From IMG/VR virus record IMGVR_UViG_3300021962_000091, positions 2,749-66,748 of that record: 64,000 nt of DNA; one strand, given 5' to 3'. The position numbers and the translations under genes are program-made. The stretch is from a virus. Positions 39,869 to 47,793 of the stretch are shown here, piece after piece. The notes under the pieces are model-generated. The model ran no database searches, was not told the DNA's origin, and saw nothing but the letters and a program-made list of their open reading frames with translations. The stretch's first letter is position 1. Each line of letters starts with the position of its first letter.

Positions 39869-40150
39869 CTAACCCAACTTATCTTGCAAGAACGAATTAT
39901 CTTTGAGCATCCGTTTTTGTGCCAATTCCTCCATGAGCGCGACTTTGAGTTTTGACGTGAGTAATTTTTTGATGGATTCGTATTCCCGATCGTGATGTTC
40001 ACACAGGGCCAAAATGGCATCAAAATAGGAAAGGTGATACCGACGCACCAGCGTTTCTACCACACGCGTGAATTCCTCGGGTGTCGGCACTGGTGCCGTT
40101 AAACACTCATCGGGGCGAGTAAACATTTTGCCATAACCATTCATACGCAA
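39869..40150 (-). CDS. gp33: Late transcription coactivator gp33
   Basis: F...VE.LV....LSYFDAI...CE...E.ESIKKLL...LK..L..E; immediately upstream of gp32. Confidence 0.8.
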   Translation of the reverse strand: MRMNGYGKMFTRPDECLTAPVPTPEEFTRVVETLVRRYHLSYFDAILALCEHHDREYESIKKLLTSKLKVALMEELAQKRMLKDNSFLQDKLG

Positions 40151-40156
40151 TCCACA

Positions 40157-40759
40157 TTATAATCCATAAAATCGATGTTGCCCTACGGTCGCCACATACG
40201 TCAGGGTCTGTGACCACTTGGGAGAAATATCCACGCGATGAAAATGGGTCACGGGATATTCTTCGGTAATTATATCACGTTCTCGCAGAAGTTGACGTGC
40301 CAATTGCACAAACGACGCCGGCGGACGGCGTGACCAGTTTCGATAATTCAACGTCCATGAATACTGATACGGCTGATAGACGACGCCACACACGGACTGT
40401 GGATAATTCGCACTTGTCATGCGATTGAATACCGTGGCCGCCACCGCCACAATTCCTTCATGCGGTTCGCCCCTCGCTTCAAAATAGAGATTCTGGGCCA
40501 AGCACACGATGGACTGTGTGGGTCGTTTGGGGGCCGCAGGAGTCTTGGTGGATGGTCGTGCCGGCGCCGACGAGACCGGCGCCACGCGGGCATCGAGTCC
40601 GTCGCGCAGAACTCCAGCGGTGGACGTCTGTGCGGGGGACAACACATAGGCGGGCAGAAAGCATAGCAATACTATTCCACACGCCAACATACGACTTCCC
40701 CATATACGAAGTGCGTTGATCATACAAACTCCTTTCGAGGAAATGCGAACGATTATCAT
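40157..40759 (-). CDS. Cell wall hydrolase (SleB/Hydrolase_2) with an N-terminal signal/TM segment (start may be ATG 40723)
   Basis: CLAQNLYFEARGEP...AVA....NR....YP.SVCGVVYQPYQYSW...HFH...P.W...G.H.FY. Confidence 0.88.
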   Translation of the reverse strand: MIIVRISSKGVCMINALRIWGSRMLACGIVLLCFLPAYVLSPAQTSTAGVLRDGLDARVAPVSSAPARPSTKTPAAPKRPTQSIVCLAQNLYFEARGEPHEGIVAVAATVFNRMTSANYPQSVCGVVYQPYQYSWTLNYRNWSRRPPASFVQLARQLLRERDIITEEYPVTHFHRVDISPKWSQTLTYVATVGQHRFYGL

Positions 40760-40802
40760 ACACTATACTCACTCACTGTACACGCGGTCGTGCCGCGCCA
40801 AT

Positions 40803-40835
40803 AAAAAATGCCGGGTTGGGTGCAGCGGAGCCGGC
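40803..40835 (-). terminator. Probable terminator at the tmRNA 3' end
   Basis: gccgg...ccggc stem followed by a T6 run on the minus strand. Confidence 0.55.
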
Positions 40836-41100
40836 GCGCTGTTGTGAACACTTCTGTTGCCAGGTGGCTCACGGGAACCCCTGATACCCGTAGGTATCAA
40901 GTAGCAGCACTAGGCTGCCATAGCGAACTGATATTGGTCAGTTCTGGGTGTCTCTGTTTAACGACAGCGACTTGTCGAGTGCCTCCATCGCATTCCAACT
41001 CCGCCGAATCGATTCTACGTCACCCCCGTAACTGGATTGGTGGAGGTGTCGGGCTCTGCCCCCGAGTCTTCTTGCGGTCAAACACGACTTCATCGAACAC
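40810..41100 (-). ncRNA. ssrA: Circularly permuted (two-piece) tmRNA; tag peptide (A)DQYQFAMAA
   Basis: Minus-strand order: T-arm TCGGG-GGCAGAG-CCCGA and CACCTCC-ACCA (CCA ends at 41038), a 10-nt spacer, then GGGGGTG (41027-41021). These form a 7-bp acceptor stem with the G3.U70 Ala determinant. Tag ORF GAC CAA TAT CAG TTC GCT ATG GCA GCC TAG at 40939-40910. Outer ends are approximate. Confidence 0.9.
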
Positions 41101-41110
41101 TATACTCTAT

Positions 41111-41314
41111 TTAGACGACCTCATCCCCAATATGTTCCTCGGGTGTGTCAATCAACTCGTGGCCTTCCTCCAGATGCAGCACTGAGGCAATTTTGCTCAC
41201 GGCGTCGGCAATGGCCTGATTGTTACCGGCAATATTGGCGTAGTAAATCTTCGTGATGATGCTGTCACACCACGCGTGATATTCTGCAATCGTGCGAAAT
41301 TTTCCTCTCGGCAT
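41111..41314 (-). CDS. Hypothetical protein, 67 aa
   Basis: ORF packed tightly between the exonuclease and the tmRNA. Confidence 0.55.
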   Translation of the reverse strand: MPRGKFRTIAEYHAWCDSIITKIYYANIAGNNQAIADAVSKIASVLHLEEGHELIDTPEEHIGDEVV

Positions 41315-41318
41315 AGGG

Positions 41319-42080
41319 TTATCCTAACTGCGTGTTCACTAAGGTGGCAAATTTGTCAATCCGTTCGCGCAACAACGGACGATGCACCGCCACATCACTT
41401 TCTTGCCAGAGAATACGATCCGGTAACAACTGCGCAATCACAATAGTATCAATGATACCAGACTTCCAGTGTTCTGTCAACGCATCGGCATAAAACGCGG
41501 CTTGAATGCCGTAGTTCTGCAAGCGATTGCCGGTCTTCGGTTTTTTGCCGGTCTTGAAATCCAGAATCGCATACCGGCCGTCGTGCAACTGAATGGCCAT
41601 ATCCAAGCGACCCGCCAGCCCATACGTCGAGGACACCACCCGCGTTTCCGAGGCAATGACGGACGCAATCCGCGCATTCAACGTCTGCCCCAGCAACGCC
41701 GCATACGATATATCGTTGGGTTCGGTCAAATTGGCCCACGCCACGGGCTGTCGAGCGACGAACTGTTCGCAGAAGGTATGCCATTGCGTGCCTCGCCTTG
41801 CGGCGGTGGATGTAATGCGCGTCGCGGCGTCATGCCCCACGGCGGTGCGCCACTGTTTCAACGCGTTATTGCCTTCGTCATCGGTGGCACTAATCATTGT
41901 CGTGATCGACGGATAGTATTCCCCCTGATACACATACCAACGTTTGCCGTCGCGCATCGTTTCATTGAGCGTGATCGGCAACGACACCGGCGCAAACGTA
42001 ATCTGCGACGGCGGCAACACCGCCGCGTGCGGTGCCGGCTGAAACGGAATCGAGGTGGAGCGCCAGAGGGTCGTCGTCAT
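41319..42080 (-). CDS. PD-(D/E)xK exonuclease (T4-like cyanophage type)
   Basis: YPSITT, L..WR..VG, RGT..H..CE, AGRLD...ILDFKT...Y.IQ...YA. Confidence 0.85.
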   Translation of the reverse strand: MTTTLWRSTSIPFQPAPHAAVLPPSQITFAPVSLPITLNETMRDGKRWYVYQGEYYPSITTMISATDDEGNNALKQWRTAVGHDAATRITSTAARRGTQWHTFCEQFVARQPVAWANLTEPNDISYAALLGQTLNARIASVIASETRVVSSTYGLAGRLDMAIQLHDGRYAILDFKTGKKPKTGNRLQNYGIQAAFYADALTEHWKSGIIDTIVIAQLLPDRILWQESDVAVHRPLLRERIDKFATLVNTQLG

Positions 42081-42130
42081 ATGGCACCTAGTATAGCACG
42101 GATTCCTAAATAGCGTATAAGGAGACGTCT

Positions 42131-42319
42131 ATGGATATTCATGCTCTTGCTGTTATTGGTATCGCGTTTGTTCTTGGCTGGGCCACGTCCCGCATCGTGT
42201 CCTCATGGACGCGCACACGCACCCTTGATTTACCGCACATGCCGCCGGGGCCGGATGGCGGAGATCTGGGCGATATCGACGACATCGACGACGGGAACAC
42301 GCCGCCGCTGGCACGATAA
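42131..42319 (+). CDS. Small membrane-anchored protein, 62 aa
   Basis: AGGAG RBS, CTAAATA motif upstream, N-terminal TM helix, acidic tail. Confidence 0.55.
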   Translation: MDIHALAVIGIAFVLGWATSRIVSSWTRTRTLDLPHMPPGPDGGDLGDIDDIDDGNTPPLAR

Positions 42320-42330
42320 CATCGGCCGTA

Positions 42331-42609
42331 TTAGATCATTCGTTTGCCTGGCACAGGCACGTGCATCGTGCTTCGATGATGCTTTGATTTAATTTGTGAT
42401 AATTTATCGGTCCATGCCGAGGGAAGCTGTGTGCGTCCCAGTCGCATGGCATCGCCAATATTCGGTGCCGACACACATAACTCGACCGTCTCGGTGTGTT
42501 CACACAGCGGACAGGGTTCCTGTGTCGGTTGCTCGCGTTGTGCAATGGGTAATAATACGTCGAGAAAAACCGCATCACAATGTCGGCATCGATAATCATA
42601 CATGGGCAT
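42331..42609 (-). CDS. FmdB-family zinc-ribbon protein
   Basis: MPMYDYRCRHC...PCPLC; TATAAATA at 42666-42673 upstream. Confidence 0.8.
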   Translation of the reverse strand: MPMYDYRCRHCDAVFLDVLLPIAQREQPTQEPCPLCEHTETVELCVSAPNIGDAMRLGRTQLPSAWTDKLSQIKSKHHRSTMHVPVPGKRMI

Positions 42610-42684
42610 ACGTTAGAACTTTCTCAAAAAAAGAAAATCGCCATACCGGATCATAGGTACATTAGTATTTATATGATATCTGTA

Positions 42685-43030
42685 TGATGACTTGCTAGGT
42701 TGCGGGTGAGGACACCTCTCCCATTACGGGAGTAAGTGTACCTCACGACTTGCTTCGGCGCGGTGCCATCAGTCGGATCACTGGTAAGAGGAGATTACTG
42801 CCGGCGGTTATCCTGTACCGGCCCACGGTCGAACAATGGCTCCAGCCTCTCGCATTACTGCACAACGGGATGACAAACAACCATTACCAGCTAATCATTT
42901 GTCACTGTGGGTCGTCAGGCGTGACGTGGTCCACATCTTTGTCGTTCATTATGATGTTCCCATCATACACGCGGGGTCTCCGCTCGCACGGGTTAAACGG
43001 GCATAATAGCCGTCGCACCGTACTGACTGT
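42685..43030 (-). ncRNA. Candidate structured non-coding RNA, about 340 nt
   Basis: No credible ORF; several hairpins; sigma70-type promoter immediately upstream on the minus strand. Confidence 0.4.
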
Positions 43031-43035
43031 GTTAT

Positions 43036-43064
43036 AGCATACTAAACAATTACGTCACTGTCAA
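43036..43064 (-). promoter_or_regulatory. Sigma70-type promoter TTGACA-N17-TATGCT
   Basis: TTGACA at 43064-43059, a 17-nt spacer, TATGCT at 43041-43036. Confidence 0.7.
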
Positions 43065-43073
43065 GCGATTTGT

Positions 43074-44336
43074 TTACCGAAATCGCCCTTGCGTTAAATT
43101 TAATCTCGAAAACTCTGCCCGGTCTACTAATTTGACAAAGTTTCCCCGACGATCGGAGGCGACAAACCCTTCATGGTTTCCCGCCACCATCCCCATATCT
43201 GACGTATAGAACGTCTCTAAGGTTCCCACCGTATTGAGTTTTTGAATGACAAACGTTTTAATCGTGGTGATCGCCTGCTGCCAGGCTAACACCTCCACGA
43301 GCGCATCTTCCTGTTCCATCACCAGTTTGCCGAGCAGCGCATACTTCTCGGTCGCCGTTTGTTTGCCGGCGGCGCTACTCTTTTTTGCGGCATCCTGCTC
43401 ACCGCGCGTGGTCAGATGGGACACAAACCGCGCCACAAACACTTTGGGGCTCAGCGTAATCGGATCGCCGCCGCGCACCAACGCATTTTGAAAAATCATA
43501 AACTCGGATTGCAGTAATGGCGTGTTTCGCAGGGCCGACAGAAATCCATTCCCCGAGAGTTTTGTGGTGCGACTCTTTGCGTCGGCAATCAACGTGTTGA
43601 GCGTTTGCGTCTCGGATGCGGTGAAACTCAGCGACCCCGATAAATCCTGATAGCGCGACGAAATGAGCACGACCGTACGTGGGGGTCTCAGCGTCGAGAT
43701 CTCCGCGCCAGGCGCAGCGTGGAGGGTCGCCAGCGAGCTTCCAGTGTAGGTGGTGTGAAAGCAGACACCAAACGTTGCAGCCGTAATTTGTTTGCCAAAT
43801 ACACTGTCGCTCGGGACACCATACACGATGGTATTGGGTTTGAAGGTGACATACGAGCGACCCTCAATTTCTTGTGTTTTCTTCAATGCGGGCGTGAAGA
43901 GCACGTCCCCTTGTAGAATGCGGGGAAACGTCATGCCCTTGAGTGCCGTGAAGGCCACCGTCATGGTGTCAATCAAGCCATCTTTGCCTGCGTAGAGCGT
44001 TTTGATGTCGTCCACCGACTTAGCAATGCGAGGCGTTTTCGCAAACGCACCTTTGGTGCCGACAAAAAAGCGGCCATCCGCAGGGTCATTCCCGACCACG
44101 ATGGCCGGTGCCCCATCCACCTTGACGGTCAGGTTGACAGGTGCGTTTGCGTGACCCGCGAAGAATGCTGTGAGACCGTTCAGCATCGTGATAGCACGAT
44201 TGGCGCCCGCCGCATAGTCGGTAATAACCAAATCTTCGATGTGGGTCAAATGCGTAATGACATTTCGACTCGATGCTTCACGAAGCACCGGCGCGACATG
44301 AACGGTGTTCCACACAGAAAAGGGGAGGACGTTCAT
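43074..44336 (-). CDS. Conserved T4-like protein (DUF6267-like) with ligase/nucleotidyltransferase motifs, 420 aa
   Basis: HLTHIED, TVKVDGAPA (KxDG), QGDVLF, F.PNTI.Y, HEGFV, VKLVDRAEFS..N. Confidence 0.7.
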   Translation of the reverse strand: MNVLPFSVWNTVHVAPVLREASSRNVITHLTHIEDLVITDYAAGANRAITMLNGLTAFFAGHANAPVNLTVKVDGAPAIVVGNDPADGRFFVGTKGAFAKTPRIAKSVDDIKTLYAGKDGLIDTMTVAFTALKGMTFPRILQGDVLFTPALKKTQEIEGRSYVTFKPNTIVYGVPSDSVFGKQITAATFGVCFHTTYTGSSLATLHAAPGAEISTLRPPRTVVLISSRYQDLSGSLSFTASETQTLNTLIADAKSRTTKLSGNGFLSALRNTPLLQSEFMIFQNALVRGGDPITLSPKVFVARFVSHLTTRGEQDAAKKSSAAGKQTATEKYALLGKLVMEQEDALVEVLAWQQAITTIKTFVIQKLNTVGTLETFYTSDMGMVAGNHEGFVASDRRGNFVKLVDRAEFSRLNLTQGRFR

Positions 44337-44337
44337 A

Positions 44338-44793
44338 TTAGGATATGTCCTTCAGGGCGGAACGGAGTTTCCATGCCCACTTGTCGTGGGCGAAGATACG
44401 GTCTTGTAGCTTATTCTCTATGCCCGTATCTCCCACCGCCGCGGCGGCGTCTTTAGCGCGACGAAGGGATTCCAGCACGACGGTGTTCGCCTGAGACAGG
44501 TCGTCGAGTAAGAGCTTGGGCGCGCCGGAGTTAAGCGGAAGGGCATGCACGGTGCTGAGGGCCGCAATTGCGTGAATAGAGTCGGGGGCATAGTGCGAAT
44601 GAAACCGAATCGCTTCCGCAATCATGTCCACCGAATCGAAGGTGTCCTGATACAGTTCTTCGAAGAAGGTATGCAGCGGACCAAACAGCGGACCCTCGAC
44701 ATTCCAATGGGCACTATGCGCACGAAAATACATGCCATAGACGTTGGCCAATAAGTCAGATAGGGTTCCAATAAATGTTGTGGTTTGCTCCAT
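44338..44793 (-). CDS. dps: Dps-family ferritin-like DNA protection protein
   Basis: AHWNVEGPLFGPLH.FFEELY...D.IAE.IR...HDKWAWKLRS; TATAAATA upstream (44809-44816). Confidence 0.9.
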   Translation of the reverse strand: MEQTTTFIGTLSDLLANVYGMYFRAHSAHWNVEGPLFGPLHTFFEELYQDTFDSVDMIAEAIRFHSHYAPDSIHAIAALSTVHALPLNSGAPKLLLDDLSQANTVVLESLRRAKDAAAAVGDTGIENKLQDRIFAHDKWAWKLRSALKDIS

Positions 44794-44814
44794 TTGGTGC
44801 TCTCACTCTATTTA

Positions 44815-44848
44815 TAAAAAACAACGGGGGGAACTTGCGTTCCCCCCG
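44815..44848 (-). terminator. Intrinsic terminator after hsp20
   Basis: 10-bp stem cggggggaac/gttccccccg, GCAA loop, then ttgtttttt. Confidence 0.85.
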
Positions 44849-44855
44849 ATTCATG

Positions 44856-45338
44856 CTATACCGCAGCCGATAGCGTCTGAGAGATAGGAATGGTTCGTTT
44901 GCGGTCCTTTTCGGGAAGCACGTTCTCCACGGTAATCGTGAGAATACCGTCCTCTAGGGATGCGTTCCGCACTTCGGCGGTTTCCACAAGGGGAATATGC
45001 TTTTCAAACGAGCGCAGCGCCAATCCTCGATAGAGGTATTCCTGTTCGGCGGACGGGGCGGGTTTGGTGCCAACAATCGAGAGCACTTGCTTTTCGACGG
45101 TAATCTGCAAGTCGGACTCACGAAATCCCGCGACGGCAATATCCAACGCATACAGGTGTTCTCCGACCTTTCGAATATTATGCGGCGGATAGTTGGTCGT
45201 GGATTCGTTGACATACGAAATGTTTCGTCGTAGGTCATCGAGCAAACGGTCAAACCCAACCGTATGCTGATAGAGTTCCGCAGGAACGGAGTGGTCTTGC
45301 AGGGCATTAAACAACGAACGAAGGGCGAGCTGAGTCAT
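44856..45338 (-). CDS. hsp20: Small heat-shock protein Hsp20 (IbpA-like); start corrected to ATG 45338
   Basis: VGFDRL, NYPPHNI, IAVAGF, YLYRGLA.R.F, A.LEDGIL.I; AGGAGG RBS. Confidence 0.92.
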   Translation of the reverse strand: MTQLALRSLFNALQDHSVPAELYQHTVGFDRLLDDLRRNISYVNESTTNYPPHNIRKVGEHLYALDIAVAGFRESDLQITVEKQVLSIVGTKPAPSAEQEYLYRGLALRSFEKHIPLVETAEVRNASLEDGILTITVENVLPEKDRKRTIPISQTLSAAV

Positions 45339-45341
45339 AAT

Positions 45342-45401
45342 AGTCCTCCTTTTGAGCGACTGTAATTCGTTCACTGCCCCCGAAGGCAACAGTGAACTAC
45401 G
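45342..45401 (-). promoter_or_regulatory. Structured hsp20 5' UTR; ROSE-like RNA thermometer candidate
   Basis: Hairpin with a cUUCGg loop (45369-45397), then AGUC-G-CUC-AAAAG-GAG-GACU pairing part of the SD; contains UCGCU. Confidence 0.45.
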
Positions 45402-45410
45402 GTTATACTA

Positions 45411-45920
45411 TTATATAGCAGTTTGTGCACATACTGACTGCATAAATGTCGGCACGTCACGTTTTTTCCACGAGGCAAATCCACGTTTATATTCGCGGTA
45501 GTATTGCTGGTAGGCCGCAATGGTGGCATCCCAACTATTTCCCGGAACTCGGCAATCGTCCGGCATACATTGCGGTGGCGGCACCGCAGCCCCACCCCCC
45601 ACAATGGACGGCGTCACGGCCAGCAGGTCGCGTAGTCGTGCGGTGCTGTGCACTTTTCCATAGCGATACGTATACTCATCGAGCAGCGCACAGTAGAGCT
45701 GATATGCCCATGCATAGTGTTCGGGATGGTCACCCACCCACTTGGTCGAGGGATGGTTCTTGTGTGTGACTTTATACAGCGACTCGGCCAGCGGAGAGTT
45801 CCAGCGATGATGCGCCGACGACAGCAGTTGCGCGGTTTCAAGAATCATTTTAACTACGTGTTTATCAACGTGTAGTTCGGCTGCACGAACGGGATTGTGA
45901 TCGAGCACAAAAATATTCAT
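45411..45920 (-). CDS. Pyrimidine-dimer glycosylase/endonuclease V-like family protein
   Basis: MNIFVLD...A...H.DKHVVKMILETAQLLS.AH...YK.TH.NHPS..W...EY..RYGK.H...PQCMPD...AY..YY. Confidence 0.75.
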   Translation of the reverse strand: MNIFVLDHNPVRAAELHVDKHVVKMILETAQLLSSAHHRWNSPLAESLYKVTHKNHPSTKWVGDHPEHYAWAYQLYCALLDEYTYRYGKVHSTARLRDLLAVTPSIVGGGAAVPPPQCMPDDCRVPGNSWDATIAAYQQYYREYKRGFASWKKRDVPTFMQSVCAQTAI

Positions 45921-45932
45921 GTCAATAGTATA

Positions 45933-46367
45933 TCACTCTTGTGGAGCATCCGGTGGTGTAGGATTACATTTGCCACAAACACATGGACACGATTTCTTTT
46001 CAAAATTTGTGCCAAGTAGTCGCGCTTCTTCGTCCGGTGTCACATATCGCATGAACGCGACGACATACTTGCCGTCATCGTCTTTCGCGACTTCAACCGC
46101 CCAATTATATCTTGGAGGAGGATTCCAGCCAAAATATGCGCCGATTTGGTCAATAAATTTGCCACGGTCAGATTCGGAAATTTTTTCGGCACCTGCCCGT
46201 GGACCCGCGTCAAACCCAAACTGGGTGACCCAATTTCGCAGCATGGGTCAATCGAAGCCGTCGGACGTAATTCCTCCAAAGCCTCCATGTGCTGTTAGAA
46301 TGTTTGTCAGCAGCTTGTAGCCACCAGAACTTTTTAATCCGACGATGGGCTTATTGGTCTCAGACAT
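45933..46367 (-). CDS. Hypothetical protein interrupted by an in-frame TGA (46250-46248), or two adjacent ORFs of 39 aa and 103 aa
   Basis: AGGAG RBS and ATG at 46367 give MSETNK...SDGFD*PMLRNWV..., continuing in frame into ORF 45933..46244. Confidence 0.5.
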
Positions 46368-46375
46368 ATGTCTCC

Positions 46376-47134
46376 TTATAGTAAATCAGGAAATGCTTTC
46401 TTGACAAGGTCTTTCGTAATAGGAAACGCTTTATTCAACGTTTTGTTTTTGGCCCCGAGTAACACTTTGACCTCGTCGGGGTGCAGGGATTCGAGCAGTT
46501 GAATGAACTGCATTTCCAGTCGATACTTTGGCACGTTGCGGTGCTGGTCGGGTGTGCTACGGTTCATGAGTTCCGCATTCGCCCCGAGCATTGACTGGCG
46601 CACATTGCCCACATACCGATTGAGTTGCTCAACCTTGGCGTTGAACTCTTGCCCTTCTTTCTGAAGCGTCTTGGCCCGTTCAATCGCCTTATTCAGTCGC
46701 ACCTTCGCTTGCTCAATCGCCTCGCGGGCGTCGGTGATTTCTTGTTCGGCTGCACGATACGCAGCAATCATTTCCTGAAGTTCCTTGCCCTTCTCTTCTT
46801 GTTGGGCTTCAAGTTCTTCCAGTTGAGTGCGCTGTGTCTGCGTCAGGTCTTCCAGTGCCGAATCACTCGCTTGCAACCATAGATAGCCGAGCTTGCGGGT
46901 TTCCGCAAACAACGTGGTTTCCGTCTGGTCAATCTGATTCTTGTTGGGGGTGAATGGAGGGTCACCCTCGGGGAGATTATACGCAATTGAGGGGTCGAAC
47001 GCGTGCTTGAGCATCAGGCGTAGCGTCGTGCTATCATTTTGACGGAGCCACTCGACCTTCTTTGCGACGGCACCTTCCCCCGTAAAATCTTTAAGTTTGC
47101 TGAGAATCTCCGAAATCTGTAGCTTCATCGCCAT
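46376..47134 (-). CDS. Conserved T4-like protein (DUF6433-like) with a coiled-coil insertion
   Basis: ISEIL...K...LR...L...FD......LPEG.PPF and FIQLLESLHPDE...L...K.K.L...ITKDLVK.AFP. Confidence 0.7.
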   Translation of the reverse strand: MAMKLQISEILSKLKDFTGEGAVAKKVEWLRQNDSTTLRLMLKHAFDPSIAYNLPEGDPPFTPNKNQIDQTETTLFAETRKLGYLWLQASDSALEDLTQTQRTQLEELEAQQEEKGKELQEMIAAYRAAEQEITDAREAIEQAKVRLNKAIERAKTLQKEGQEFNAKVEQLNRYVGNVRQSMLGANAELMNRSTPDQHRNVPKYRLEMQFIQLLESLHPDEVKVLLGAKNKTLNKAFPITKDLVKKAFPDLL

Positions 47135-47204
47135 ACATATCCTTTTCTGCTCACAAGAGCATGATATAGATTACCTACGAGTATTTAGACATCTCGCCAA
47201 TTGC

Positions 47205-47789
47205 TCACGATAGCCAGATCGAGCGCGACAAGCTCATCATTGTATGCCACATTGCGATACCGGCCGCGGTTGACACATTGAGCGACCGCAGAATGCCAGG
47301 TTGCGGAATTGTATAACAGAGTTCCGCACGACACACCTCTTCAGGAATGCCCTGTTCTTCTGACCCAAAAACCAAGCAGGTGGGCGTAGCAATACTTTCG
47401 GGCTTAAAGTCATAGACGGGAGCACCGCCCTGTTCAATGATGATAGGTGTGTACCCGTTCACGCGAATAATTTGCATGGCCTCAGACCAGTCAAAAAGTT
47501 CCGTTTCGGTGGGCGACTCAAAGTGCGCCAGTTCGATGTAGTTGTGGGCACCGACAGTGCTACGCCGGTCGTATTTCTTTTTGCCAAAAATAAACACCCG
47601 CTCGGCACCAAGCACACACGCGGTGCGAATGATCACCCCCGTATTGAGATCGCCGGTGATATTGGCCAATGCGACCGCATATGGTAGCTGCCGTGTTTTG
47701 GCGACTTCACGCAGATCTTCCACCGAAAGGTGCTGCAACTCGGTCATAACATTGAACGGGGTGAGTTTAGGCGGTGAATCCGTGTGCAT
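47205..47789 (-). CDS. SpoU/TrmH-family (SPOUT) RNA methyltransferase
   Basis: N.G..IRTA..LG, LVFGSEEQGI, IPQ.G..RSLNVSTAAGI. Confidence 0.9.
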   Translation of the reverse strand: MHTDSPPKLTPFNVMTELQHLSVEDLREVAKTRQLPYAVALANITGDLNTGVIIRTACVLGAERVFIFGKKKYDRRSTVGAHNYIELAHFESPTETELFDWSEAMQIIRVNGYTPIIIEQGGAPVYDFKPESIATPTCLVFGSEEQGIPEEVCRAELCYTIPQPGILRSLNVSTAAGIAMWHTMMSLSRSIWLS

Positions 47790-47793
47790 GATA

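Noticed and set aside
40808-41185. 125-aa plus-strand ORF
   Set aside because: It is antisense to the tmRNA, whose structural evidence is much stronger, and has no recognisable motif.
41319-42080. Cas4-like nuclease as a sign of a CRISPR system
   Set aside because: It lacks the Cas4 Fe-S cysteine set, is a routine T4-like exonuclease near gp33/gp32, and no array is present.
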